A stretch of DNA of 64,000 nt from positions 124,001-188,000 of the forward strand of contig JAPMXV010000068.1 of the NCBI GenBank assembly GCA_026936335.1, read 5' to 3'. Positions within the stretch are counted from its first letter, which is position 1. Every line of letters begins with the position of its first letter. The notes below the pieces were generated by a model, which made no database searches, was not told the origin of the DNA, and saw only the letters and a program-made list of their open reading frames with translations. The translations under genes and the position numbers were made by a program. Positions 29,155 to 44,129 of the stretch are shown here, piece after piece. This DNA is from Mantamonas sphyraenae STR306 (taxonomy: Eukaryota > Protista > CRuMs).

Positions 29155-31437
29155 ATGTTCTCCCGCACGCGACATCGCCTGGCCCCACCCACACCACCCA
29201 CCCCCGTATCCTGGGAAACACGCACTGCCATCGCTTCGAACGTCGTCCAGGTTGCTGCGGGTATCCTTGGCCTCACTGCCGTTGGCACTTGGTGGAACGA
29301 GCGACTCGAAGCCGAGAACGACGCCAGCGATCGCAGCGCACGGCTTTCCGCCACCTCTGTCAACACCATCGAGCGATCTGCAATGAAGGACGTATCCGTG
29401 GAGCCTGGCCAGCTCGTGGTGGTGTCTGGGCCAACAAAAAGCGGCAAGACGTCTGCCTTGGCAAACTTGCAGCAAACCAAACACAACGAGGCTTCTGAAC
29501 ACGTTCGACGACGCATGGAGACTGTCCTGGACTATCTGTATGATGAAGACTCAACATTGCCTCCGTGTGAAGGTCGTTTAGACGACACACAGTGGCTCAT
29601 TGGCACGGGAGACGGCCTGGACGAGTGCCTGCAGGACCTGGACCAGCGTCTTGGGACCACGGCCGGTGACGTGCGCGTCGGCACCACCCTTTCACACGTC
29701 GTCCAGCGTGTACAGCAATTGTACGAACGTAACGAGAACCAGCGATGGGTGATGGTGCTTGACGGGGTGCGTCACGAGGACAGGAGCCGACTGCCTCGTG
29801 TTGTCGAGCGTGTGGGCCTGAAGAAAGGGGCTGTGGTGATCGTCACGCGTGACTCGGGTGCAGCAAAGCTTCTACAAGAGTTTGCACCCACAGTTGTACA
29901 ACTGTCGCCCAAGATGAACAAGGAGGAGCTCATGACCATGTTTTGCGCTGAAGGGCTGGAGGCGACGGAAGAGGAACGGATGAGTGTGGCAAGCAGTGTG
30001 CACAACGCCATTGATCTCGTGCGCGAGTATATTCACACGTTTAAAGAGCGTTTCCCGGATCGACCCAACGTAGATGCGCCTGCGTCGCTGCTGCTGGGAA
30101 GCTCACCGAACCACAGTGGGCGAGCAAAGCGCAAGCGACGTCTGGAGAAGCTAGAGGCACTGAACGATTGCACCGAATGCATGGTCCGTGTGATGCGGAT
30201 GTTGTCCAAAGACACACGTGCGCTGGTGGATGAAGAGGTCCTGGAAAAGGGGTGCTCGAGTCGGTGTTCCGGCAAGGAGGCGGTGGATGCGTTGCGTGTT
30301 CTGGAAGGGGTTTCTGTGCTGGTGCCATCCAAGTCCTATGGAGGGATGTACAACTTGGAGCAGAGCTATGAAGAGCTGATTGAGGAGATCGTTCGTGTGG
30401 GTGATGAGCACGCGCAGGTGTCGCTAATTCGGGCGTTGAACCACGTGGCCTGGGAGCGTGCGGTGACTGATTATGCAAAAACAGCAGTTGGGATGCACCT
30501 AGCCCACCTGTTGGATGTCATGGAAGCAGGCGGCGTCGTGGACCGGTTCCAGAACGAGGCCAGCCTTGGGTACCTCACGGCTTCGCAGAAGCTGAGCATC
30601 CTCACAGATGACAACCTCAGGAAACAGTGTCTTGTGAGGGGGATGGAATTGGCAAGACAGCTGCCGTCGCCAGATCCGTTCGTGCGGCATCTCCTGCTCA
30701 GCGAGGAAGTGATGGCCATGGTGGAGAGCGAGGAAGGGGAGCTGGGCCACAAGAAGCTCACCACGTTGGAAGAGAATGTGCATGAGATGTCTGACGAGAA
30801 GAACAAGCGCAGGCTGCAAGTGGAGGTGGAGGAACTGCGTGCCGAAGTGATGGCGTTGCAGGGGGATCGCCAAGGGTGCATCGACGCCGCCTTGGAAGCA
30901 GTGAAGCAGCAGGAAGATCTGACTCGAGAGTACCCACACGAACTCATGCTTGCGTTCGACCTGGAGAACGCATACACCAACGCCGCGGTTGTATTGTGTA
31001 AGCAAGAAGACCAGGACAGGGCTGGACAGATGTTTGATAAGGCTTTCGAACAGGTGGCGAAGATCCACGACAGAAAATCACCGCGGTATGCCAATGTGCG
31101 ACACCTTCGACACATGCTCGAAGTGAAGGAGGCAAAGCATGTCTCGGAGATCACAGAAAAGCACATGGAGGTCGTCGACACGATCCAGCTCCTGCAAGAG
31201 CTGTCCGACTCGATACATGAGACGGGTGACATCGCCTTGGTGCAGAACGTCGGAGACGATGCATGCAAGCGTGCAAAGGCACTGCTGGCTCTCCTTTCGC
31301 AGCCGCCAGCCACTGACCACCCGGAGTGGAAAGAGAAATTGGACCGAGCCACTTCATCCTCTGTGTGCAAACGACAACGAGACGACGAGGAATCTCCGGG
31401 GCGGCAGCAAGAGCCCACTGAGAATGAAAGCCAGTGA
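29155..31437 (+). CDS. STAND/NB-ARC-like ATPase with N-terminal TM anchor and C-terminal TPR-like helices
   Basis: MFSRTRHRLA... presequence-like N-terminus, TM VVQVAAGILGLTAVGTWW, Walker A SGPTKSGKT, Walker B WVMVLDGV, VVIVTRD, TPR-like LENAYTNAAVVL...AGQMFDKAFE. Confidence 0.72.
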   Translation: MFSRTRHRLAPPTPPTPVSWETRTAIASNVVQVAAGILGLTAVGTWWNERLEAENDASDRSARLSATSVNTIERSAMKDVSVEPGQLVVVSGPTKSGKTSALANLQQTKHNEASEHVRRRMETVLDYLYDEDSTLPPCEGRLDDTQWLIGTGDGLDECLQDLDQRLGTTAGDVRVGTTLSHVVQRVQQLYERNENQRWVMVLDGVRHEDRSRLPRVVERVGLKKGAVVIVTRDSGAAKLLQEFAPTVVQLSPKMNKEELMTMFCAEGLEATEEERMSVASSVHNAIDLVREYIHTFKERFPDRPNVDAPASLLLGSSPNHSGRAKRKRRLEKLEALNDCTECMVRVMRMLSKDTRALVDEEVLEKGCSSRCSGKEAVDALRVLEGVSVLVPSKSYGGMYNLEQSYEELIEEIVRVGDEHAQVSLIRALNHVAWERAVTDYAKTAVGMHLAHLLDVMEAGGVVDRFQNEASLGYLTASQKLSILTDDNLRKQCLVRGMELARQLPSPDPFVRHLLLSEEVMAMVESEEGELGHKKLTTLEENVHEMSDEKNKRRLQVEVEELRAEVMALQGDRQGCIDAALEAVKQQEDLTREYPHELMLAFDLENAYTNAAVVLCKQEDQDRAGQMFDKAFEQVAKIHDRKSPRYANVRHLRHMLEVKEAKHVSEITEKHMEVVDTIQLLQELSDSIHETGDIALVQNVGDDACKRAKALLALLSQPPATDHPEWKEKLDRATSSSVCKRQRDDEESPGRQQEPTENESQ

Positions 31438-31862
31438 GGGTTTGATCAGCAATGCACCTACTTGTCGAGGTGGTCCCGTCAACTCCGCCCCCCATGTTCT
31501 CTGGGCCCGCATTCTTCCACTCTGCCTGCCCGCCAACTCCCCAATTTCAATGAAATACGTGTCTGGTGGTGGTTGTGGCGTCGTTGTTGCTTGTCGCATT
31601 GCCAGCCGCCGCCTTCCTGCGCCACAAAACGCTCGCTCATTGACCGCAAAACCCTTGTGATCAGCACGCCCATCACTTGCACCTGTGTAGAGTGATCTAC
31701 AAGCTCATGGGGAGAGACATGTCCTCACGCCCTGTCACGGCCCAGCCCAACACAATCGCACCGGCACCGATGGGATGTTTGGGGGTGCACATCAGTCACG
31801 GAATCAGCCAAGCAAGGACAGCATGCTGAGTTTTACATGTATGTGCGTCCGAGTTTGTGCAA

Positions 31863-32205
31863 GGAGCGGGTGTGTATGTGTGCGTTGGGGCATGTGGGGG
31901 AGGTGGAGGATGGGGTGGCGAGGGAGTTTGCAAAGGTGTTTCATGGGAGGTTGGTGAATGAGGCGACGTTGGAGGATGCGTTTGAGGATGCGGGGGGTGG
32001 GGTGGGGTCGGTGAGGATGTATGTGAGGACGGGGGTGGAGGGGGTGGGCGTGAGGAGGGTGGTTGGGGGGAGGGGAGGTGGGAAGGGGGGTGGGGAGCGG
32101 GGGATTAGGGTGTTGAGGGGGGTGGGGAGGGTGTGAGGGAGGGGGAGGGGAGGGAGGTGAGGAGTAGGTTTGGGGTGGTGGAGGTGGTGAGGGGTGGGTG
32201 AGGGG
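31863..32205 (+). pseudogene. Duplicated 3' fragment of the Roco-CHAT gene
   Basis: Near-identical to 18726-19075 (ERVCMCALGHVGEVEDGVAREFAKVFHGRLVNEATLEDAFEDAGGG); no upstream part. Confidence 0.88.
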
Positions 32206-32207
32206 GT

Positions 32208-35200
32208 TCATTGAGAGCGTGCGAGAAGCATGACCATGAGATACATCTGGCACTGTTCGATGCCATTTTCGACAGACTGAATGAGATCAGCGGGTGCTGG
32301 GGTCGTTTGAAGGATCTGTTGGGCTGATTTGAACCATTTCAGTGCCCGAGGGAACTTTCCCTTGGCAAGGTACACTCCAGCTATGTTGGCGATGGTCGTG
32401 GCCACATCCGGGTGCTCATATCCACCATGCATCCGTTGCTGGATCGCCAGTGCCTGCTTATGCAGCTCCAGAGCACAGTCGTACTCTCCCTTGGCTTCGT
32501 ACACCTCAGCCATGTTGTGGATGGCCATGGCCACAGCCGGGTGCTCATCCCCACCATGCACCCGTCGCCAGATCTCCAGCGCCTGCTCATACAGCTCCAG
32601 TGCCTGATCGTACTCTCCCTTGGCATGGTAGACCGAAGCCATGTTGTTGATGCTCGTTGCCACATCCGGGTGCTCATCTCCACCATGCACTCGTCGCCAG
32701 ATCGCCAGTGACTGCTCATACAGCTTCAGTGCCTGATCGTACTCTCCCTTGGCATGGTAGACCGAAGCCATGTTGTTGATGCTCGAGGCCACAGACGGGT
32801 GCTCATCCCCACCATGCACTCGTCGCCTGATCGCCAGTGCCTGCTCAAACAGCACCAGTGCCCGATCGTACTCTCCCTGGTCATTGTACGCACCTGCCAT
32901 GCCGTTGATGCTCGTGGCCACATTCGGGTGCTCATCCCCACCATGCACCCGTCGATTGATCTCCAGTGCCTGCTCATACAGCTCCAGTGCCCGATCGTAC
33001 TCTCCCTTGGAATTGTACAGACCAGCCATGTTGTGGATGGCCATGGCCACAGCCGGGTGCTCATCCCCACCATGCACCCGTTGCATGATCTCCAGCGCCT
33101 GCTCATACAGTTCCAGTGCCCGATCGTACTCTCCCTTGGAATTGTACAGACCAGCCATGCCGTTCATGCTCGTGGCCACACATCCGGGTGCTCATCCCCA
33201 CCATACACCCGTTGCAAGATCTCCAGAGCCTGCTCATACAGCTCCAGTGCCCGATCGTACTCTCCCTTGTCCTCGTACACCCCAGCCATGTTGTGGATGC
33301 TCGTGGCCACTGACGGGTGCTCATCCCCACCGTACACCCTTCCATAGATCTCTAGAGCCTGTTCATACAGCTCCAGTGCCCGATCGTACTCTCCCTTGGC
33401 ATGGTACACCCTAGCCACGATATGCAGGCTGGTTCCCCATCCCCCATTCTCCTCCCCATCCATACCTGCCCTCTTCTGCACCTCCATCACCTCCTCCAGC
33501 ACCCTTTCTGCCTTCCTGTATGCTCCCATCCACAATTGCACCTCTGCCACATTCTGCCCAACCCAGCACACGTCTTGCACCTTCCCCGCTTGTTCGCACG
33601 CTGCATGACACACCTTCCACACCCGCCCCCCATGAATAAGCATCTCCCTGTGCCACAACAGCTCTTCCAGTGGCTGATTTGGGTCAAAGTCAAATTCTTC
33701 CCCCATCACCTTCAACACCCGCTGGCATGCCTCCATTCCCCCGTCTGTCTCCACCTGTAGCTCCTCCCCTCCCCGTGTCATCATCTGCACCAATCCATGC
33801 ACCTGCCAACCATTCCCATCCACAGCCCGTTGCACCAGCGACACACGCTCCAGCGATTCCATTGCGTCCTCTGCCCGCTCTTCCGCCTCATCCCTGTCTC
33901 CCACACCCTCCACATCCTCCATCAGCGTCACTACCACCCGCTCCTGCACCCCTCCCCCATCCAACAGTGCCAGACACTGCATCAGTCCCACTGCATCCTC
34001 GTTCTCCTCCCCAGCTGCCTCCATCGCCAGCTTCCACACTGCCATCGTCGTCTTGTCATACGCATCAGACTCAATCCCTTTCTCCAGCTGCCGTAAGCTT
34101 CTCCCCAGCCTCATTCTGTACTTGCCCACCCGTCCTCTGCCTCTGCCCTTCCCAATCACAGCCGCTGCTTGTCGCACTGCCAGCGCCATCCCTCCCAGAA
34201 GCTCCTTCAGCTCCCCATACGCCTTCACCTCCTCACCCTCCTCCTCATCCATTCCATTCATCACCACCCCCTCACTTGCAAACACTGCATCCACCTCCTC
34301 ATCCTCCATGATCCCAACACGCACCACTTTGTCCACCGCCCTCTTGTCCCAAATCCCATCCTTCCACGTCGTCACCACCACCGTCCCTCCCTCCTGCAGC
34401 ACAGGTTCCACATCGCCCCACTTCTCCACTCCATCCACAACCATCACCCACCGTCGTCCCTTCAGCGCACGCATCGTCTGCCCCGCCATCCCTTCCCGCA
34501 CCTCCTCCTTGTTCGCCATCTCCACCTCCTGGTTCGTCAACACCCCCAATGCCACTCCCAGTTGCAGCACATCACTCACCACCTCCTCCCTGCTCTGCCC
34601 ACGCACCCACCACACCACCTCCGCCGCCCTCTCCTCTTTCACCTTCCACGCATACATCTGTGCCACGCTTGTCTTGCCCATGCCCCGTGCCCCATGCATC
34701 ACCACCACCCCTTTCTCACCCCACACCTCCTCCATGACCCCATTCCTCGCCACCAGCTCCCTCTTCTTGCTCAGATTGTCCTCCCGCTTTGCCCATCCTG
34801 CCTCTGCCTCCTTTGCGCTCCTCCCTCTCCCATTCACCAGAATCTCCTTCTCCCACCTCTTCCATGTCACCAACACTGCCTTCTTCCCCTCCCTGTCCCC
34901 TCCTGCCGTCTGGGCTTCCCCAAACGCCGTCTCCACGCTTTCTCCCGCTCCTAATGCCTCATAGAACGCCCCTGCCATCCGCACAGCTGCCCCAGCCAGC
35001 ACCTTCTCCCTGTATCCGATCACCACTGGCACATACTCACCCACCCTCTTTGCTATCTCCTCGCTCTCACACCCGTTCAGAAACACCAACACGGGCCTTG
35101 CCTCCCACACCGCATCCACAAGCGTCTGCCGCATCACATCCCCATCCACAGCCTCCACATACTCCCTTCCCATGTGCGCAGCAATATGCACCATGTGCTT

Positions 35201-35803
35201 CCCTTCCTCACGCACCAGCCGCACCACAGCGTCCTGATGTGCGTTCAGCCTCGCCAAAGGCTCCAATGGGGTCTCATGACACACCCTTTCAATCACCCGC
35301 TGCTCCTCCACAGATCCCAGTGTCCCATCCCCATCATTCCCCAGCACCAGCACCCTCACATCCCTCATTCCGCCCTCCTCCCACCAGTGACCACCAAACT
35401 TCCCCCTTCTTTTCGTGTTCCATCCCTTTCCTTGCCCATCCCTTCCTCCAGACGACGATGATGACTCACCCGTGTGCGTCCCTTCCACCCTCCCCACTCC
35501 CTCCACATCCACCACCTCCCCCCCTTCTCCCTCCCAGCCGCCATTCCCTCTTGACGTCTGCTCCCCCCGCGTCTCGTCAACCAACCCCGTCCCTCCTTCC
35601 TCTACACGTTGTCCATTCTCCGCATTCCCACTTCTCTCGACCTCGTCTCGTTGCATCTTCTCCCCATTGCATTGCATCCCATCGCGATCTCCGAACTCCG
35701 CACATGCGTCCCCACATTCGACAAACAACCCCTTCACACAAAGAACACATACTCCCCCACCCGTCGCCTTTGTCTCACCACCATGCCCTGCAACCTCGTT
35801 CAT
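32208..35803 (-). CDS. NLR-like CHAT - NB-ARC - TPR paralogue (8 TPRs plus cap) with a 2-bp frameshift near 33180 (pseudogene or sequencing error)
   Basis: Highly similar to 19075-24021 (MVHIAAH, FLNGCES, GARGMGKT). ORFs 33164-35803 and 32208-33179 join if the extra CA in GCCACACATCC is removed. Confidence 0.85.
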
Positions 35804-38553
<2,750 letters not shown>

Positions 38554-38641
38554 TGATGATGATGATGATGATGAGGATTATGAGTGAGCGGTGGGGGGGG
38601 GGGGGGGTTGAATACAGGTGGTTTCAGAGGGATCAAGATGT

Positions 38642-40555
38642 CTATTCGCTGTTTTGCGACTCACCGGACGCAATGACGCCCACCGTAGTAGGATTGGCAC
38701 CACCTTCGTTCGGTGGGTGGGTACGGGATGAGGTGGTGCTCACGGAGGAGTCGGCGGTGGTGGACATTCCGTCCGTGCCTAGGTTGTTGTTGCTGCTGCT
38801 GCTGCTGCTGCTCGCCTCTCCATCACTTGTACCTCCACCGATGAGCATGAACTGTAGCATCAGTTCGGTAACATCGCGTGCTTGTGCGGTCGCTTGGGCG
38901 ATCAACTCCATCACCATGGCTTCGATTTCGTTCTGCAATGTGTCGCCTGCGAGGTTGTCAAGCACTTGCTTCACGACGCGACAGTATCGTGCGGGCGAAT
39001 CTGCCAGTGCCCACTCTCCCTCCAACACAAAGTCCAGCAGGGCCATTTCACGGGCTGTGGAACTCCAGAGCGTGAGCAGATTGTCCCGAGTCTGCTTCAC
39101 GTCTTTCTTTTTCTCCGAAGGTGGAATCGGGCTCGTTGCCAGTTCAGAGGCAAGGTCTCTTGCTACCTCTAGGACTTGTCGCAGTCGTACCACCTTTTCT
39201 GCGCTCTCAGCCAGCCAGGCAAGCAGCGCCCGAATCTCACCCACTTTGCGGGCGTCGCTCAGGGACAAGGTCTTCACGTCCACGGCATCGGCGTCTTCAC
39301 GGAGCATGTCAAGTCGTTCTTTACACTTTGTCAGCTCTGCCCACGGTACCTCTTTTGCCAGGGCGAGTTTCAGCTTGGGTTGAAGGTCGGAAAGCTGTTT
39401 GGGTTCCCACTCAAACTCGGTGGCGTTCAGGGCATCTCCAAAGCCCACCGATGCTTTCCACTGGTCATCCTTGTCGTCGATACCGCCCAGGTGCACGTGT
39501 CCCCTTCCCCCGTTGTCAACGATCTCCAGTGGTCCTTCACCACGGCGATACACCACGCGCTTCCTGTCGTCCTTCTCTCTGGACAGAATGCGAGATCGGC
39601 TGCCCAGGGTTTTCTTTGTCATCCAAGCACCATGGCCTTGCCTCACAAACCCTCCCTCTAACCAAAAGAACTCGCCACTCTCGCTCGGTTCTTCTCGCAA
39701 TACAGCCGTATCTGAGTGGAGCCATCTGCGCGTCACAAACTCCACGTACCTGTCCTTGTGTTTGAGATACATTGGCCGGTACGGATCTGTGTCATGCCCT
39801 CAACGTGTCAGAAAACGCCCACAACACGATGATCCGCCGCCCTCTTTGCTTTCACACAACTCACCTTCCGGCGGCAGGAAGCCACCAAAAAGCTGCTCCA
39901 GGGTGTCAAGGGCTTTACACTCCATGCCCTCGATTTTGGGAATGATGTGCATCCACGACTTGACCCCTGTCACCACAGCCACGAGGTCCGTCAAGTCGTT
40001 GGCGCTCGCTTTCCCGTCGAAATCAAACGTGTCCGGAAAGTGGCACTCCTCCTCGCTCTCCCACTCTGCGACTGCCGACGCAAGATCTACTTCGGCCCTG
40101 ACAAACAGATTCATCGCTCGTTTCTTCTTGCTTTCCTGTTTGTACGCCATGCGTCGCTCTTCAACCACCACTAGCTCTCCGTGGTTTTTCAGAAAGCCAG
40201 CCACGTCATCCTTGGTGCGGATTGCACACAGTTCATCCAGCAGCTGTTGTGTCGGTCTGAACGTATGGAGAGTGTGCACAGAGTACACGTAAACATGCTG
40301 GACACACTTCCTGCTGTACTTGAGGCCCAACTCCACGTTCACCGGAAGCCCGCACAGTTCCTCCAAGGGCACACCGAGGCTGACGCCAATGTTGACGCCG
40401 ACCTTCATCTTCTGTGCGATCCCGACTGGTTTCATTGCAGTCACATCGTCGCCGTTTTCAAACAATGGTTGACCGTCTGGCGTTGTTCCAAGGTGCTCTG
40501 AAGGGAACTCGGGCTGTGTGTGCTGCGTCAGAGTACAACTCGTGGGGGGATTCAT
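38642..40555 (-). CDS. Gasdermin-like pore-forming domain + beta-trefoil-like + helical protein, copy 2, about 611 aa, no C-terminal TM
   Basis: Exon 40555-39865, 78-nt intron 39864-39787 (GTGAGT..CTGAC..CACAG, same phase and length as copy 1), exon 39786-38642. Conserved GLKYSR, VEERRMAYKQ, AEWES.EECHFPDTFDFD, LVAVVT.VKSW, DPYRP.YLKHK. Confidence 0.58.
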
Positions 40556-40647
40556 GAGGGCGATGCACACACCTTGTTTTCAGTACGCGACATGGTTTCG
40601 ATTGGTTCGGTTTGCGCGGCCAGGGCAAGAACAACCAACCTCTGGGG
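40556..40647. promoter_or_regulatory. Putative bidirectional promoter, copy 2
   Basis: 92-bp head-to-head gap with the same conserved motif as 27048-27104. Confidence 0.5.
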
Positions 40648-42884
40648 ATGAGCACCACTGGCTGGCACACATACTTTGTGCACATTGGACTGCCACAAGG
40701 AGAGACGTTGGATGCCACGGCGCAAAACGCAGCGCTCATTCGAGAGCATGTGGTTGGCGGGGAAATGGTCAGCGCAATGACCGGGGCCGCGGCCGTGACG
40801 ACTGTGTCGCTCGCGGTAAAGGACGACACCCCCGTGCTCACTTTGGATGGGGATGAGAGGGAGTTGGATGAAGATGCGAGGCCGCTGCATGAGATCAAGA
40901 AGATCGTGCTGGGTGGCGGCGACAAGGAAAACGTGTTGCTGATCCTGTACCTGCACGCACACGGGGTCAGCGCAGAGTACCTGGAAGGCACAGAGAAGAA
41001 CGAGGAAGACGCTGGTGACGGGGGGGTGTTTTACCTGCGAGATGAAGATGTAGGTTACGCCTGTGTATGCGTGGGTGTTGAAGTGGGAAGGAAAGGCTGA
41101 CAAGGAGGGAAGGGCGAATGGGAGTACATTTCGAACAAGGCCATCAACTCGTTTGTGGGCAAGGTGATCGAGGCGGGAAGCGAGAACAGCGTGTTGTATC
41201 TGCGAGAAACATGCTTTGGGGGCATTGCCGGCGTGGGACAGACCAGCGTGAGGGTGGTGGACGTCGACCAAGGTTCCGCGGGAGTGTACCGCGGCGCGTT
41301 TTCCTTTGCTGATTACGATCTGGGGTTCAGGTGGGTTTGTGCGGTGAGAGGCTGGTGCGTTGCGTGGGATGTTGTGTGCTGACACGTGTGCCATGCAGTC
41401 AAGTGTATTCCGGGCGCCTTCCTCGCTTGCTGTACTTTGGCATCGGTTTGCGCCATGAACAGACCTTTAACTATCAAGAGGAGGAGCTGGATGGAACCGA
41501 GTTGACAGAGTACTTGAAAGCGAGTGGCGGCAAGCCAACAGGACTGTTCTCGATGGTCCTGGCGCACTTTTGGCCCAACTTTGCCTTTGAGGTGGAGGAG
41601 GATGGCCAGAAGAGGAACAAGATGGCGCACAACTGGGTGGGCTGGACACGCAGTGTCAATGCGTTTCTGCACAGTCAACAGGAGATATTTGGCCAGAAAA
41701 GCACGTATGTGCCGCGCGTGGTTTTTGAAGGCCCGTCGACTGTGTCCGAGACTTCGATGCCGTACCTGACGGTGACACACGTGGAGGATGGTATCGCAGT
41801 GACCGATGCGCCGTGGTTTCTTCCGGTGGGCGAAAAGGCGTGCTTTGTGTTCTTTGAGGAGTTCACGTTCCAGGCATCGCTGGAGGAATCCGCTGATCTC
41901 ATGGAATTGGATGGCGAAACACAGCCGAGCGTGACTGAGGTGATGGCGCGAGGGCATTCGCTGGAGGACAAGCTTGTGAGGGGCGTGTGCGCCACGGTGG
42001 TGACCGGGAAAGGTTCGGACTTTCTCCAGCTACAGTTGATTGGGGACACGTCACAGTGCGGGGTTCTGATGCGCGCCGTCGAGGTGGGCCAGATTATGGC
42101 TGTGCTGGGTGATGAGGATGGAGGTAATGACCTGTGGGAGGCGGTTGTGGAGGTGGTGCAGGCGGTTCCGGATGAAGAGTTCCCAGGCGGCTCGTGCTCA
42201 ATCGCGGTGATTGAAAGTGGTCAAGCAGGGGTATCGTACCAATTGGAACTTGTGGGTGACACCCCGAAGGACGAGGTGATGCTGGGGATCGGCGGATCGA
42301 GCGGAGCTGACTTGTTTCTGCGCACACCGGAAGAGGTCCACTACGAAAGGAAGACTCTGCCGTGGAACGTGGGCAAGATGTTGCATTACTATCGCATCCT
42401 GCAGATGGAGTGTCCAGACGAGGCATTGGGCGCCATGGACGTGGTTGGCTTTGGACCAGCAACGTCGGACGACCGGCCCAAAGGCGATCTGGAGCTGTCA
42501 CTTGAGTGGACCTTTTCAATCCAGAACAACACCAAGGGAGCAGTGTTTGTGGCTGTGTTGCGTTTGGACTGTGGCTACAACGTGCGATGGCAAAGCCACG
42601 CGTATACGCGGTTGAAAGGCGTCGGGGATGATGGGAGAGCGCAGCGGGCAAAGGTGGTCACGTACAACGACAACAAGACGCTCAAGAAGCACCAAACTGA
42701 GTACCTGCGCGTGTTTGCGTTTCCCGACAGCCACGTGCCGCCACGTCTGGACGCATTTGAACAGCACGGAGTGATGACGTCTCTCAGTGAGCTGTGTGGA
42801 GGAGCACCCAAGCCTGTCCAAGGAGAGAGGCGTGCTCGTGGAGACGGGTGGAGGTTCTGGACTTGCCTGTTGGGTCTGGAGTGA
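40648..42884 (+). CDS. Caspase/metacaspase-like (clan CD) protease, copy 2, about 701 aa
   Basis: Exons 40648-41049, 41113-41330 (218 nt, as in copy 1), 41399-42884. Motifs NVLLILYLHAHG, SVLYLRETCFGG, RLLYFGIG, TGLFSMVL; intron positions conserved with copy 1. Confidence 0.75.
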
Positions 42885-42917
42885 ACGCGCAGAGGCGGCC
42901 AAGAATACATCTGTTCC

Positions 42918-43495
42918 ATGTCTCTTGCTGATGCGACGTTGACACAGCTTGGCGCAGGTGATGAAGAACGGTGGGAGCACGACGCGCACCGCGTGCCGCT
43001 GGCCAGTGTGGTGCACGTCGGCCCGCTGACGGGATTTGTGGAGGGCGACAAGCTCCTCGGGTATCGTGCACTGAAGGGCAGAGACCGTGGCCACGCGTTG
43101 AGTGGTCAGCTGAGGAAAGATCAGCAGGGGATCGGGTGTGCAGAGAGGGTGGGGTACGGCGAGGGGAATGGCGGGCTGAACGCGTTGGGTACGTGAATTC
43201 GTGTTTCCCTCCCAAGGCCCGCACGGCGCTGACACGGGGGTTTGCAGCACGAGATAGTTACGAACGGAGTTTGAAGGAGGCTATCGAGGACAGAGACACG
43301 TGCTATGCTGTGTGCGGGACCTTGTACTGCACGGGGGAGGATGATGAGTCCGGGGTGTTCTTGGAAGGATTGGACGACAAGACCGAGGTGGACGTGGTGA
43401 GGGAAGGCGGTCCATTGTGTGTAATCAGGTTGGAAAAGACTCGAAAGACGGGTATTTTTGACGCCAGTGGACAGCTGGAGTGGAAAAAGTCTGAT

Positions 43496-43549
<54 letters not shown>

Positions 43550-44086
43550 GAGACCTCGGAGGAGACAAAGACGTTTCGTGTGCTCGTGCGCAACGTGGAG
43601 GAGAAGGAATTGCCGTGGTTGTTGCTGAAGCTGCAGAGGTGGTGCAGGATTCTGGGCGCGGTGGCACAGAACGCAAGCGGGGACATCAAGATTAAGGAGG
43701 AGGAGCGGGAGCTGGAACAGACAATCATCGTCGTCACTGTGGAGAAAGCGTACGCGTATGTGTCGGTGCTGGCATTTGCAGACATGTGCGCCATCACGCC
43801 GCTGTGTCTGGATGAGCCGCTGGGGACGAAGGGGGAGGAATTGAGGTTCAAGTGCACGCATAGCAAGGCGGGGTTGAATAACGAGGCAGTGGTGGTTATT
43901 GCTGCGCAGCTGCCTACCGCATCGTGGGCGCTGCAGATGTGCCAGGAGGGGCTGGTGAAGGACTGGAAGCCGGTGCTGAAGGGGGGTGGGGGTGGTGATT
44001 TGACGGCGGTGCTCCAGTCGAAGAGTAGCGGTGATGAGGAGCAAGGGGTGGTGCGTGACGTGGAGGCGAATGTATTGTTTTTGTGA
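42918..44086 (+). CDS. Hypothetical protein resembling the C-terminal half of the neighbouring protease, without the catalytic domain, about 369 aa
   Basis: Exon 42918-43188, intron 43189-43247 (GTACGT..CTGAC..TGCAG), exon 43248-44086. LPWLLLKLQRWCRIL / YVSVL / QEGL parallel LPWNVGKMLHYYRIL / FVAVL / QHGV. Poly-Ser (TCG)n at about 43495-43549. Confidence 0.65.
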
Positions 44087-44129
44087 TTGTGATGTGTTTT
44101 TGGGGAGAATGGGACGTGGGCGGCGCTCG

